A DNA stretch of 64,000 bases from Bacteroidota bacterium (GTDB lineage Bacteria > Bacteroidota > Bacteroidia > Bacteroidales > VadinHA17): the NCBI GenBank assembly GCA_012729475.1, contig JAAYDB010000159.1, positions 10,063 through 74,062 of the forward strand, written 5' to 3'. How positions within the stretch are numbered: position 1 is the stretch's first letter; each line of letters starts with the position of its first letter. Shown here one piece after another: positions 30,437 to 39,382 of this stretch. The translations under genes were made by a program, and so were the position numbers. The notes below the pieces were generated by a model that was given only the letters and a program-made list of their open reading frames with translations, ran no database searches and had not been told where the DNA came from.

Positions 30437-30718
30437 CCCCAAATCCCTTGCTATTTTCCTTTTTTCCCTGAGCTCTGAGCCCTGTGCCTTTTCCAACCCC
30501 CCACCCCCTGAAGGGGGCTTAACAGGCTATTTGACAGGGTGGTGTGGTCTATGTTTGGCCGACTTTGGTACCTACTGTGCCCTGCGCCTTTTCCTGTGCT
30601 CTTTGCCCTGAGCCTTTTCTGACCCCCAAACCCCAAATCCCTTGCTATTTTCCTCTGTGCCCTGAGCTCTGAGCCCTGTGCCTTTTCCTGTGCCCTGCGC
30701 TCTTCCGCTATCGCGGAA
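30437..30718. repeat. Intergenic composite repeat: 58-bp direct repeat, heptamer arrays and short hairpins
   Basis: 30437-30494 vs 30631-30688 match at 55/58; about 14 CYCTG(A/T/C)G-like heptamers; hairpins CCCCC-TGAA-GGGGG (30504-30517) and TTCCGC-TATC-GCGGAA (30703-30718). Confidence 0.85.
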
Positions 30719-30756
30719 TCTATGCTTCGCTCCGATGTGCCTGACTTTGGATTTTG

Positions 30757-32169
30757 TTATTTTATTGGCTGATATACTCTGACCCAGTCTATCTCTGTCG
30801 TCATCATACTGTTCACTGGTTTGTCGAGACCGCCGGAGAAACCAATATACATAGGTTCCTGAGGAACATCAGAAGTGGTAGAAAAAACTTCAGCCCCGTT
30901 AATTTTCCATACAAGACTGGAAGGAGTCCATTCGAGGGTATAAATAAAGAAGTCATTTGCATATTTCCCACCTACTGATGTTTTAAACATTTTAGCGGAA
31001 GGAGTAAAAAAATCAAAGAAGACTTTACCTTCTTTTGTATGGCAGATATTAATATGTGGTGTTATCTTGTCAGCAAGCATCCAGAAAGCACATTTAGCAG
31101 CCGGATTGCCTAATTTAACCTTGGCTGAAAATATACCGTATTTCTGACGAAAGCTTTTTCCGGTATTGACGATACCGGAAGTAAAATTGAAGTCCCTTAT
31201 TTTAAAACCGCCTTCAGTCCATGCCTTCCCCTTAACTTTTTGAGGTTTGGTTATTATTTTCAACAGACTGTTACGTACTTCGAAGTTCTCTTTTTCAGTG
31301 TAGGCCTGGAGGTCAGGTTCAACAGAATATCTGTCATTGAGCAGCTTGTCTCCCCAGTAATAATTAGTCAGCCATTTATCAAGGTCAAGCTTTTCTCCGT
31401 CAAACTCATCGCTGAAAGTGAGCTCTCTTTCTTTCAGAATATTGAATTTGTCAGAATCTTTTACCTTAAAGTACCAGATAATATCCTCATTCTTCTGTAG
31501 TCTGTCGAATTCCTGTATATGTTTGTACATATCACTCTTTTCAAACCTCTTTTTGTCAAGCAGGTAATTCTTCCTTTCCCTGAATTCAGGAGATGCAACA
31601 TAGTCTTTTAGTTCATTATATCTGGCAAGCCTCGCCGATCCGTCAAGGTTAAGAAAATTGGCATACTCTTTTGATTTTTTGAAAGAATAATAATTTTTTA
31701 TTTCCGGACTTTTTTTCAATCGAAGGAATTCCTGAAGCTTTTTCTCGTCATCACTGTTTCTGAATTCCTTTGTTTTCTTTTTCTCTCTGAACTCAAGAGA
31801 GCCAACCAGATTTTTAAGATCTTCATATCCGTTTATTTTTCCGGATCCGTCAAGTTCCCGGAACCTTTTGATCTTTGATCCGGCAATGGTTTTGAAATAC
31901 AATATAATATCCCTGGCTTTCTGAAGTGATAAAAATTCTTTTTCTTTCAGATATTCTTCAGAATTTCTGTAGGAAAGATTCTCAATCTCTTTCTTTTTCT
32001 GAATGAATTCTGAAGAATTGATCAGATCTTTAAGTTCATTGTATTTTTTTAAAATATCAGATTCAGAAAAAACTGATAGTTTATTAAATTCATCCACTAA
32101 TGCTTTTTCAGCCTGCTCAATTTTTTGGGTCGAAGGGATCAATCCCAACAGAAACTTAAGACTTGCCAT
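30757..32169 (-). CDS. GH16-fold protein with N-terminal helical repeats; catalytic residues absent
   Basis: TFSDEFDG..LD..KW, FTSG, F.QKYG.F, AFWML, F..YTLEWTP..LVWKING, IDWVRVYQ. Confidence 0.85.
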   Translation of the reverse strand: MASLKFLLGLIPSTQKIEQAEKALVDEFNKLSVFSESDILKKYNELKDLINSSEFIQKKKEIENLSYRNSEEYLKEKEFLSLQKARDIILYFKTIAGSKIKRFRELDGSGKINGYEDLKNLVGSLEFREKKKTKEFRNSDDEKKLQEFLRLKKSPEIKNYYSFKKSKEYANFLNLDGSARLARYNELKDYVASPEFRERKNYLLDKKRFEKSDMYKHIQEFDRLQKNEDIIWYFKVKDSDKFNILKERELTFSDEFDGEKLDLDKWLTNYYWGDKLLNDRYSVEPDLQAYTEKENFEVRNSLLKIITKPQKVKGKAWTEGGFKIRDFNFTSGIVNTGKSFRQKYGIFSAKVKLGNPAAKCAFWMLADKITPHINICHTKEGKVFFDFFTPSAKMFKTSVGGKYANDFFIYTLEWTPSSLVWKINGAEVFSTTSDVPQEPMYIGFSGGLDKPVNSMMTTEIDWVRVYQPIK

Positions 32170-32347
32170 TATATAAATGATTAAGTACGATTGATAAAGA
32201 TAGAAAATCTTTTGTTAAATAATGGAACCACATTTTCAAATTCTCCGGTATCCGGATTTAACGGAGATCCTTTGTGAATGTTACAACAGAATAAAAGTAT
32301 ATTAACCATTGTTTGCAAAAACAGGTATTGTATGGCAAAAAAACTAA

Positions 32348-32836
32348 TCAGAATCTGAGGTAGAGACAAAGACTTCCTGAAAGTACAACAGGAGAGATTG
32401 AAGAAGTATTTTCTTCATCTCTTCCAAAAGGGAATCCCGGACCGATATCAAAACGTATCCCCGAATACTTTGAGAAATCAAAAGACCTTCCTATTCTGGG
32501 GTAAAACAATAAAGAATACTCTTTCTTATAGTTAACGTTAAAAAGATAGACAGCAGATCCTGCCATAAAATACCAGGGCTTTTGTTCCAGTAAACGTGGC
32601 TTTTCTCCAAAGCGGTAGTAGAATTCCAGAGCCGTGGGCCCGGCTCCCTGAGTGTCAAATGACTGCATGATGCCCGCCTGGAAATTATTGCCGTAATTCA
32701 GCTTAATACAAATGGCTTCAGGATAGCCATAGCCCAGTGATGCTCCAAGTCGTGCTGCTTTTGTTCCGGGAATGCGTGAAAAAGCTGAAGAAACTGTAAG
32801 TGTAAATATAAAAAACACTAGCAAAACTCTTCTCAT
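32348..32836 (-). CDS. Hypothetical exported protein, probable small beta-barrel
   Basis: Signal peptide MRRVLLVFF..SAFS, Gly/aromatic strands, C-terminal YLRF. Confidence 0.6.
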   Translation of the reverse strand: MRRVLLVFFIFTLTVSSAFSRIPGTKAARLGASLGYGYPEAICIKLNYGNNFQAGIMQSFDTQGAGPTALEFYYRFGEKPRLLEQKPWYFMAGSAVYLFNVNYKKEYSLLFYPRIGRSFDFSKYSGIRFDIGPGFPFGRDEENTSSISPVVLSGSLCLYLRF

Positions 32837-33069
32837 AAACAGAAGGTGATAATAATGATTTACAGCTTTTTCACCCAAATTATTCATATTGACCTTACAA
32901 TATTTATTCCCTTGAATAACAGTCTGACAAATTGTTTATTTAAAAACGCAAAAGAACAAATTTTATTCATGAAGAGGACATAAATAAGTTCTAATATCAG
33001 ATAAATTCTGAATGATTAACTCTTTCAAAAAAATATATAAAATAATTTGGATTATTAAAAATGACGGTT

Positions 33070-33095
33070 TAACTTTGACCGAACGTTCAGTCAAA
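33070..33095 (+). promoter_or_regulatory. -7 box TAACTTTG overlapped by a 22-bp palindromic operator
   Basis: TTTGACCGAAC-GTTCAGTCAAA (33074-33095), one mismatched pair, upstream of the TetR gene. Confidence 0.8.
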
Positions 33096-33142
33096 AATGT
33101 TTTGATCGCAAATGATATCATAAATTTAATTGCCACAGTCAG

Positions 33143-33781
33143 ATGTCACCCAGGAGTCCTGAACAGTATGAAGAAATAAGGGGAGAAAAGAAAAGCCTTA
33201 TTATGCAGGTCGCCCTTGAGGAGTTTGCAGAAAAGGGTTTTCATGCAACTACGATAAACAGTATTTCCAAAAGGGCTGGTATTTCAAAAGGTTTGCTTTA
33301 TAACTATTTCAAGGGGAAGGATGATCTTCTTTCAGAAATTGTTTTGAAATACATTTATGAGATATACGATTATTTTGATGTTAACAGAGACGGACATCTG
33401 TCGGAAGATGAGTTTGAATTTTTCATAAGAAAGATGGCTCTGATACTGAAAGAAAAAAGGGATTTCTGGAGGCTGATGATACAGGTTTTGCTTCAGAATG
33501 AGGTTCGCGAACAATTTTTCAGTTCAGTTACAAGGAATGCAAATGAAGACGGGCCACAGGATTCTCACAAAAACGATTTCCTTATCTCACGGATAATGAA
33601 GATTTTTTCCGATTATTTCGAACGAAAAAATGACAGGAGGGAACCTGGATATGATCCTGAACTTGAGCTCAATATGTTTATTTTGACAATGAAGGGTTTT
33701 GCTTTTAGTTATATTTTTACTGACAGGGACGATTTACGTTTTGAAAAATGTCTGAATAATATTATTGACCTGTATAAATAA
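33143..33781 (+). CDS. TetR/AcrR family regulator with an EF-hand-like loop
   Basis: HTH ALEEFAEKGFHATTI..I..RAGISKGLLYNYFKGKDDL; DVNRDGHLSEDE at residues 79-90. Confidence 0.92.
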   Translation: MSPRSPEQYEEIRGEKKSLIMQVALEEFAEKGFHATTINSISKRAGISKGLLYNYFKGKDDLLSEIVLKYIYEIYDYFDVNRDGHLSEDEFEFFIRKMALILKEKRDFWRLMIQVLLQNEVREQFFSSVTRNANEDGPQDSHKNDFLISRIMKIFSDYFERKNDRREPGYDPELELNMFILTMKGFAFSYIFTDRDDLRFEKCLNNIIDLYK

Positions 33782-33791
33782 AGGTATTGCC

Positions 33792-34556
33792 ATGAAAAAA
33801 ATGTTGGATAGAGTATTATGGTCTTTTGTTTTTGTTGTCAGTTTCATTGACCTTACCGGCCAGTCGCTGTCTGCCAGAGACATAGTTGAAAAAGCTGATG
33901 AAAAATTCAAGGGAGAGATGTCGGGTTACAGTGTTATGACAATGACTATTGTCCGGCCAACGTGGGAAAGGACTATAGAGTTTAAATCGTGGGCCATGGA
34001 GGATGATTATGCCCTGACACTCATAACAGCTCCGGCCCGTGAAAAAGGTCAGACTTTTCTGAAGAGAAAAAATGAAATGTGGAATTATAATCCGGCTATA
34101 AACAGACTGATAAAACTGCCTCCCTCAATGATGTCGCAGGGATGGATGGGTTCAGATTACACCAATGATGATATATTAAGGGAATCTTCAGTAGTAAATG
34201 ATTATGATCATTCAATAATCGGAGAAGAAGATATCGATGGCCGTTTATGTCATAAGATCAGGCTGGATGCCAAAGAGGATGCTGATGTTCTGTGGGGTCA
34301 CCAGATATGGTGGATAGATAAGAAGGAGTTCATTGTAATGAAAGCTGAGTTGTATGATGAAGATGGATATCTGGTAAGGACAGAAAGAGGTATGGAATTG
34401 AAAACGATGGATGGCCGGTTTCTTCCGACACTCTTGGAACTTGTTCCTGCAGAAGAGCCGGGGAATAAAACCATCCTTAAGATCACTGAAATGAAATTTA
34501 ATATCGACCTGGAGGAAAGTTTTTTCTCGCAACAGAACATGAAAAATATAAGGTAA
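33792..34556 (+). CDS. LolA-like outer membrane lipoprotein-sorting protein
   Basis: Signal peptide, PAREKGQTFL, MWNYNP, SQGWMGSDYTNDD, C-terminal FFSQQNMK. Confidence 0.85.
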   Translation: MKKMLDRVLWSFVFVVSFIDLTGQSLSARDIVEKADEKFKGEMSGYSVMTMTIVRPTWERTIEFKSWAMEDDYALTLITAPAREKGQTFLKRKNEMWNYNPAINRLIKLPPSMMSQGWMGSDYTNDDILRESSVVNDYDHSIIGEEDIDGRLCHKIRLDAKEDADVLWGHQIWWIDKKEFIVMKAELYDEDGYLVRTERGMELKTMDGRFLPTLLELVPAEEPGNKTILKITEMKFNIDLEESFFSQQNMKNIR

Positions 34557-34608
34557 CAGGATAAGAAATGTAAAAGCATAAAAAGGCTCAACCAAAACAG
34601 TTAATGAG

Positions 34609-36024
34609 ATGAATGATTTTCAGATGGCCTGGAGAAATATATGGAGAAACAGGCGAAGAACTCTGATCACGGCTGCCTCTGTTTTTTTTGCAGTTTTCTT
34701 TGCTCTGATAATGCGCTCGGTTCAACTGGGATCCTATGACAGGATGTTTAAAAATGTTATCGAATCCTATTCAGGATATATCCAGGTTCAGCAAAAAGAC
34801 TATTTCGATGAACCTGTTCTTGATAACAGTTTTGAGCTGGATCAGGGCCTCCTTGATTTAATAGCTTCCGATCCCAATGTAAAAGCTGTTGTTCCCAGGC
34901 TTGAATCTTTTGCCCTTGCTGCAGCAGGCAGCAGCACGCAGGGTGTAGTGGTTATGGGAATAGATCCTCAGGGGGAGAAAGAAGTGTCGGAAGTACATAA
35001 CAGACTGGTTCGATTCAAGCTTACCGATGAGGCAATTAAGGCTCTGATGAATGAAACCCTGCCTGAACGCACAAAAAAACTTCTGAAAATATTTAAAAAT
35101 GAGGCTTATACAGGAACAGGACGCCTTATGCTTGATATGGGTCTGTCAGAAAAAGATACTTCTGATGTATTACCTGTGTTCCGGAAATATGCCTCATTCA
35201 GTAACTATTACCTGGAAGAGGAAGACAGCATGTCAGTGATAATAGGTGATGGTTTATCAGATTATCTCGGACTCTCAATAGGTGATACAATAGTACTTAT
35301 TGGTCAGGGTTATCATGGTGTTTCTGCTGCCGGTAAATACACGATCAGGGGAATAGCAAAAATCCCGTCTCCGGATATCGATAATATTGTTGTGTATATG
35401 CCTGTTAATACAGCCAGAAAACTTTATGGGGCACACGGTTTATCAACATCGGCAGTGATAATGATGAACAATACCGATGAGAAAAGTCTTGTAGCAACGG
35501 CCGGACGGTTAGCTGAAGTTATCCCGGAATCTCTTGTGCTACGATCGTGGAAAGAGCTTAATGCCCTTATGGTAAATCAAATGGATGCCGATAACAAAAG
35601 CGGGATGATAATGATTGGCATCCTGTATCTGGTTATTGCTTTCGGGGTTTTTGGTACTGTACTGATGATGCTTGCAGAACGCCGCAGGGAATTTGCAGTG
35701 CTGATATCCATAGGTATGCAAAAACATAAGCTTGCAGGAGTTGTTGCATTTGAGTTACTTTTAATAGGTCTGATGGGTGTTATGGCTGGTGTTATTGCCT
35801 CTTTGCCTGTTGTTATTTATGGAAATATCAATCCTCTCAGATTCAAAGGTCAGATGGCCAGCATGTGGGAAGATTACGGTTTTGAACCCATAATGCCCAC
35901 CCTAATGCCGGACGCATATTACTTGTGGCAGACCGTTGTCGTACTTATTATTCTGTCTATTGCTATCTTTTTCAGTATAAGGAAAATATATAAGTTAAAC
36001 GTTATACAGTCAATTAAAGCATAA
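34609..36024 (+). CDS. ABC transporter permease, MacB/LolE/FtsX family
   Basis: AWRNIWRNRRRT, periplasmic domain, ERRREFAVLISIGM, four-TM layout. Confidence 0.9.
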   Translation: MNDFQMAWRNIWRNRRRTLITAASVFFAVFFALIMRSVQLGSYDRMFKNVIESYSGYIQVQQKDYFDEPVLDNSFELDQGLLDLIASDPNVKAVVPRLESFALAAAGSSTQGVVVMGIDPQGEKEVSEVHNRLVRFKLTDEAIKALMNETLPERTKKLLKIFKNEAYTGTGRLMLDMGLSEKDTSDVLPVFRKYASFSNYYLEEEDSMSVIIGDGLSDYLGLSIGDTIVLIGQGYHGVSAAGKYTIRGIAKIPSPDIDNIVVYMPVNTARKLYGAHGLSTSAVIMMNNTDEKSLVATAGRLAEVIPESLVLRSWKELNALMVNQMDADNKSGMIMIGILYLVIAFGVFGTVLMMLAERRREFAVLISIGMQKHKLAGVVAFELLLIGLMGVMAGVIASLPVVIYGNINPLRFKGQMASMWEDYGFEPIMPTLMPDAYYLWQTVVVLIILSIAIFFSIRKIYKLNVIQSIKA

Positions 36025-36036
36025 TTCTCAGGTATT

Positions 36037-37464
36037 ATGATAACAGAAATAGCTTGGAAAAATGTGTGGCGCAATAAACCACGAAGCCTGATAGTAATAG
36101 CTGCGATAACAGTGGGAGTATTTGCAGGAGTATTTTCTATTGCGATAATGAACAGTGCCATTGTTCAGAGAATTGATGCTTCAGTAAATGAAGAACTGGC
36201 ACACATACAGGTGAATAACAAAGATTTCAGGAATAGTTCCGATATAAAAAGTATTATTCCTGATTATAATCAAGTAGTATCGGAAATGATGTCTGCACCG
36301 GGCATGAAAGAAGTATCGGGAAGAATAATTATCAGGGGGATTGCATCAACATCAGCCAGGAGCACAGGTGTCGAAATCAGCGGAATAAATGTGGAAAAAG
36401 AAAGGAGAATGCTGAAGTTAGCTGATAAGATTATCCCTGGCACAGGAACATTTTTTGAATCTGAGACCAGGTTCAACAGAGCATATATTGGTGAAAAACT
36501 TGCCAAAGAATTGAACATTATAAGGTATAACCTTGATGAAGAGGCTCTTTCCCGACTCAGAGAAAAGGGTGTTCCGGAAAAAATTATTTCAGGTCTTGAA
36601 CCAATATACGGAGAAAGATTCACTTCAGGCAGAAAATTACAGAAAGCTGTTGAAAACCTGCTTGGTGAAAAAGATTACAAGAAATTTATTAATCCGGTTA
36701 TGGAAGCTGCATGGTCATACAGGGAAGGATCCAGGATTATACTGACATTTGTTGATATCAATAATATCCAGACTGGCGCTGCTTTTCGCATAAGCGGTAT
36801 ATTCAGGACGAATAATGATATGTTTGAAGAAACATCGGTATTTGTACCGGAAGAGGAACTTAGGAAACTGACAGGACTAAAGGATAATGATTATCACAGG
36901 GTGATAGGGCTTCTTGACGAAAACTCTTTTACCGAGGAAGCTACTTCAGAGATTAGAGAAGCTCTCAGTTCCTATGAAGTCCTGAACTGGAAGGAAATTC
37001 AGCCCGACCTTGCAATGTTTGCCGACATGATGCAACAAATATATGGATTGTTCATGGCTATTATTCTGGCAGCCCTGGCTTTCGGAATAGTGAATACAAT
37101 GCTTATGTCAGTTCTGGAAAGAACAAAGGAGATTGGTATGCTTGCTGCTATTGGTATGAACCGTCGCAGGATATTCATTATGATAATGCTTGAATCGATA
37201 TTTCTTTCAATAGTAGGAGGTTTATCAGGTATGGCTGTAGGAGGTACAGTAATAGCATTGACTGCAAAAAAGGGAATAAACCTGATGCAATACTCTGAAG
37301 GCTTTGAAGCTATGGGCTATTCTGCGCATCTGTTCCCGGCAATTGATACAAATTTCTTTATTATCACAACAATACTTATAGTGCTGACAGGTATATTATC
37401 TTCAATGTATCCGGCCCGCAAAGCTTTACAGCTCAACCCGGTAGAAGCTATACGAACAGAATAG
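36037..37464 (+). CDS. ABC transporter permease, MacB/LolE/FtsX family
   Basis: AWKNVWRNKPRS, SVLERTKEIGMLAAIGM, YPARKALQLNPVEAIR. Confidence 0.9.
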   Translation: MITEIAWKNVWRNKPRSLIVIAAITVGVFAGVFSIAIMNSAIVQRIDASVNEELAHIQVNNKDFRNSSDIKSIIPDYNQVVSEMMSAPGMKEVSGRIIIRGIASTSARSTGVEISGINVEKERRMLKLADKIIPGTGTFFESETRFNRAYIGEKLAKELNIIRYNLDEEALSRLREKGVPEKIISGLEPIYGERFTSGRKLQKAVENLLGEKDYKKFINPVMEAAWSYREGSRIILTFVDINNIQTGAAFRISGIFRTNNDMFEETSVFVPEEELRKLTGLKDNDYHRVIGLLDENSFTEEATSEIREALSSYEVLNWKEIQPDLAMFADMMQQIYGLFMAIILAALAFGIVNTMLMSVLERTKEIGMLAAIGMNRRRIFIMIMLESIFLSIVGGLSGMAVGGTVIALTAKKGINLMQYSEGFEAMGYSAHLFPAIDTNFFIITTILIVLTGILSSMYPARKALQLNPVEAIRTE

Positions 37465-37488
37465 GAGTAATTATTAATAATAAAGGTC

Positions 37489-38199
37489 ATGAAAGTCATA
37501 GAAATTAAAGATGTTAATAAGATATATAACTCCACAGAGATTAAAGTACATGCCGTTAATGGTGTGTCTCTTGATTTTGATCAGGGAGAATTTGCAGCTA
37601 TTGTAGGGCCTTCGGGTTCAGGTAAGACAACCTTGCTGAATCTTCTTGGAGGCCTTGACCTGCCAACATCCGGAAAAATCCTTATTGATGGTGAGGATCT
37701 GTCAAAACTAAAATCTTCACAGCTGATAGACTTCCGCTTGCGAAATATCGGATTCGTCTTCCAGTCCTATAATCTTATTCCTGTTCTTACTGCAGAAGAA
37801 AATGTGGGATTCATTATGGCTCTTCAGAAAATTGACAGAAAAGAAAGGGAAGAAAGGACCTGGTCCTTACTAAAAGCTGTAGGTCTTGGTGACAGACTGA
37901 ACAGCCGTCCAGCCAAACTTTCCGGGGGTCAGCAACAAAGAGTGGCAGTGGCAAGAGCTCTGGCATCGCGGCCGAAATTTGTTCTTGCTGATGAACCAAC
38001 AGCAAACCTTGACTCCAAAGCTGCAAAAACACTCCTTGAAATAATGGAGAAACTTAACAGGGAAGAAAAAATTACTTTTATCTTTTCTACTCATGACCCC
38101 AGAGTTGTAAAAATGGCCCGTAGGGTTATTACACTGGAAGATGGGAAAGTAATATCCGATGAAGTAAAAAAACAATCCAATGACCCGGAAAATGGTTAG
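37489..38199 (+). CDS. ABC transporter ATP-binding protein (LolD/MacB type)
   Basis: GPSGSGKT, LSGGQQQR, LADEPT, STHD. Confidence 0.95.
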   Translation: MKVIEIKDVNKIYNSTEIKVHAVNGVSLDFDQGEFAAIVGPSGSGKTTLLNLLGGLDLPTSGKILIDGEDLSKLKSSQLIDFRLRNIGFVFQSYNLIPVLTAEENVGFIMALQKIDRKEREERTWSLLKAVGLGDRLNSRPAKLSGGQQQRVAVARALASRPKFVLADEPTANLDSKAAKTLLEIMEKLNREEKITFIFSTHDPRVVKMARRVITLEDGKVISDEVKKQSNDPENG

Positions 38200-39346
38200 G
38201 AGAATAATTATTTTATCTGTCCTGTGTGTTTTGGTAAACAGACCTCTCTTCTCACAGGAGAGAGAGAAAAAATTTACTGTCAATGGCTACCTGACTACTA
38301 TGGAAAGTATAATGTTTGATACTTTGTCAGGTCCTTTTATAAATGATTTTCTTCTCCACAACCGTCTTAATTTCAAAGGGTACATTAACGATAATATAAC
38401 AATAGCTGCAGAACTGCGAAACAGGCTTTTTACAGGTGATATGGCCAAATTGGGAAATATGTATTCTTCAATAACAGATAAGGATGAGGGTATCGCAGAT
38501 ATGTCGTGGAATCTGATAACCGAAAAATCATTCTTTATCAACACCACTGTCGACCGTTTGTGGATTGACTATAATAAAGGGAGCTTTCAGGCAAGGATAG
38601 GAAGGCAGAGAATAAACTGGGGGCAGACACTAGTCTGGAATCCAAATGACATTTTCAATGCATATTCTTTTTTCGATGTTGATTATATTGAAAGACCGGG
38701 AAGTGATGCTGTGAGACTGCAGTATTACCCTTCCTGGTCATCGGCTGTTGAACTGGCAGTGAAAGCGGACAGTGAAAAAGACATTACTGCTGCAGGACTG
38801 TACCGCTTCAGCAAATGGGGTTATGATATTCAGTTTCTCGCAGGATATTCCAATAGTGCCGATATTGTCGCAGGAATGGGTTGGTCGGGTTCATTAGGTT
38901 CCCTGTCATTCAGAGGAGAAGGATCATGGTTCCGTCCGCTGGAATCTTTCACCGACACAACAGGTACCTCCATACTTACAGCAGGTATTGAAAAAATATT
39001 CAGCAATAATTCGGTGGTTCAGATTCAACTGATGTATTGTAATAACCCTTCTGATATTAACGATTTCACAAGCCTCTATACCGGAAATATTAGTGCAAAA
39101 GATCTTGCATTTTCTGAATTCACTGCTTTCGGACAGTTCACATGGGCTCTAACACCCCTTCTTAATGTAGGAGCCTCGGTAATGTGGTTCCCTGACCTGG
39201 AAGGTTATTTTACTGGACCTTCACTTGATTATTCAATGGCTGAAAATGTCGATATGTCAGTTATCTGGCAACATTTTAATGGTGAGATGGGACCGACGAA
39301 ATCAAGGATGAACCTGCTTTTTTTGAGAATGAAATACAGTTTCTAG
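38192..39346 (+). CDS. Hypothetical outer membrane beta-barrel protein
   Basis: Signal peptide ending S-Q, IGRQRINWG..WNPND motif, C-terminal MKYSF. Confidence 0.7.
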   Translation: MVRRIIILSVLCVLVNRPLFSQEREKKFTVNGYLTTMESIMFDTLSGPFINDFLLHNRLNFKGYINDNITIAAELRNRLFTGDMAKLGNMYSSITDKDEGIADMSWNLITEKSFFINTTVDRLWIDYNKGSFQARIGRQRINWGQTLVWNPNDIFNAYSFFDVDYIERPGSDAVRLQYYPSWSSAVELAVKADSEKDITAAGLYRFSKWGYDIQFLAGYSNSADIVAGMGWSGSLGSLSFRGEGSWFRPLESFTDTTGTSILTAGIEKIFSNNSVVQIQLMYCNNPSDINDFTSLYTGNISAKDLAFSEFTAFGQFTWALTPLLNVGASVMWFPDLEGYFTGPSLDYSMAENVDMSVIWQHFNGEMGPTKSRMNLLFLRMKYSF

Positions 39347-39382
39347 GATTTTTATATTTTTATCACTTCAATATGTGATAAA

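Noticed and set aside
30437..30718. CRISPR array, or coding ORF 30451-30636, in the repeat region
   Set aside because: Only two long copies, no regular spacers and no cas genes; the ORF is a translation of the repeats.
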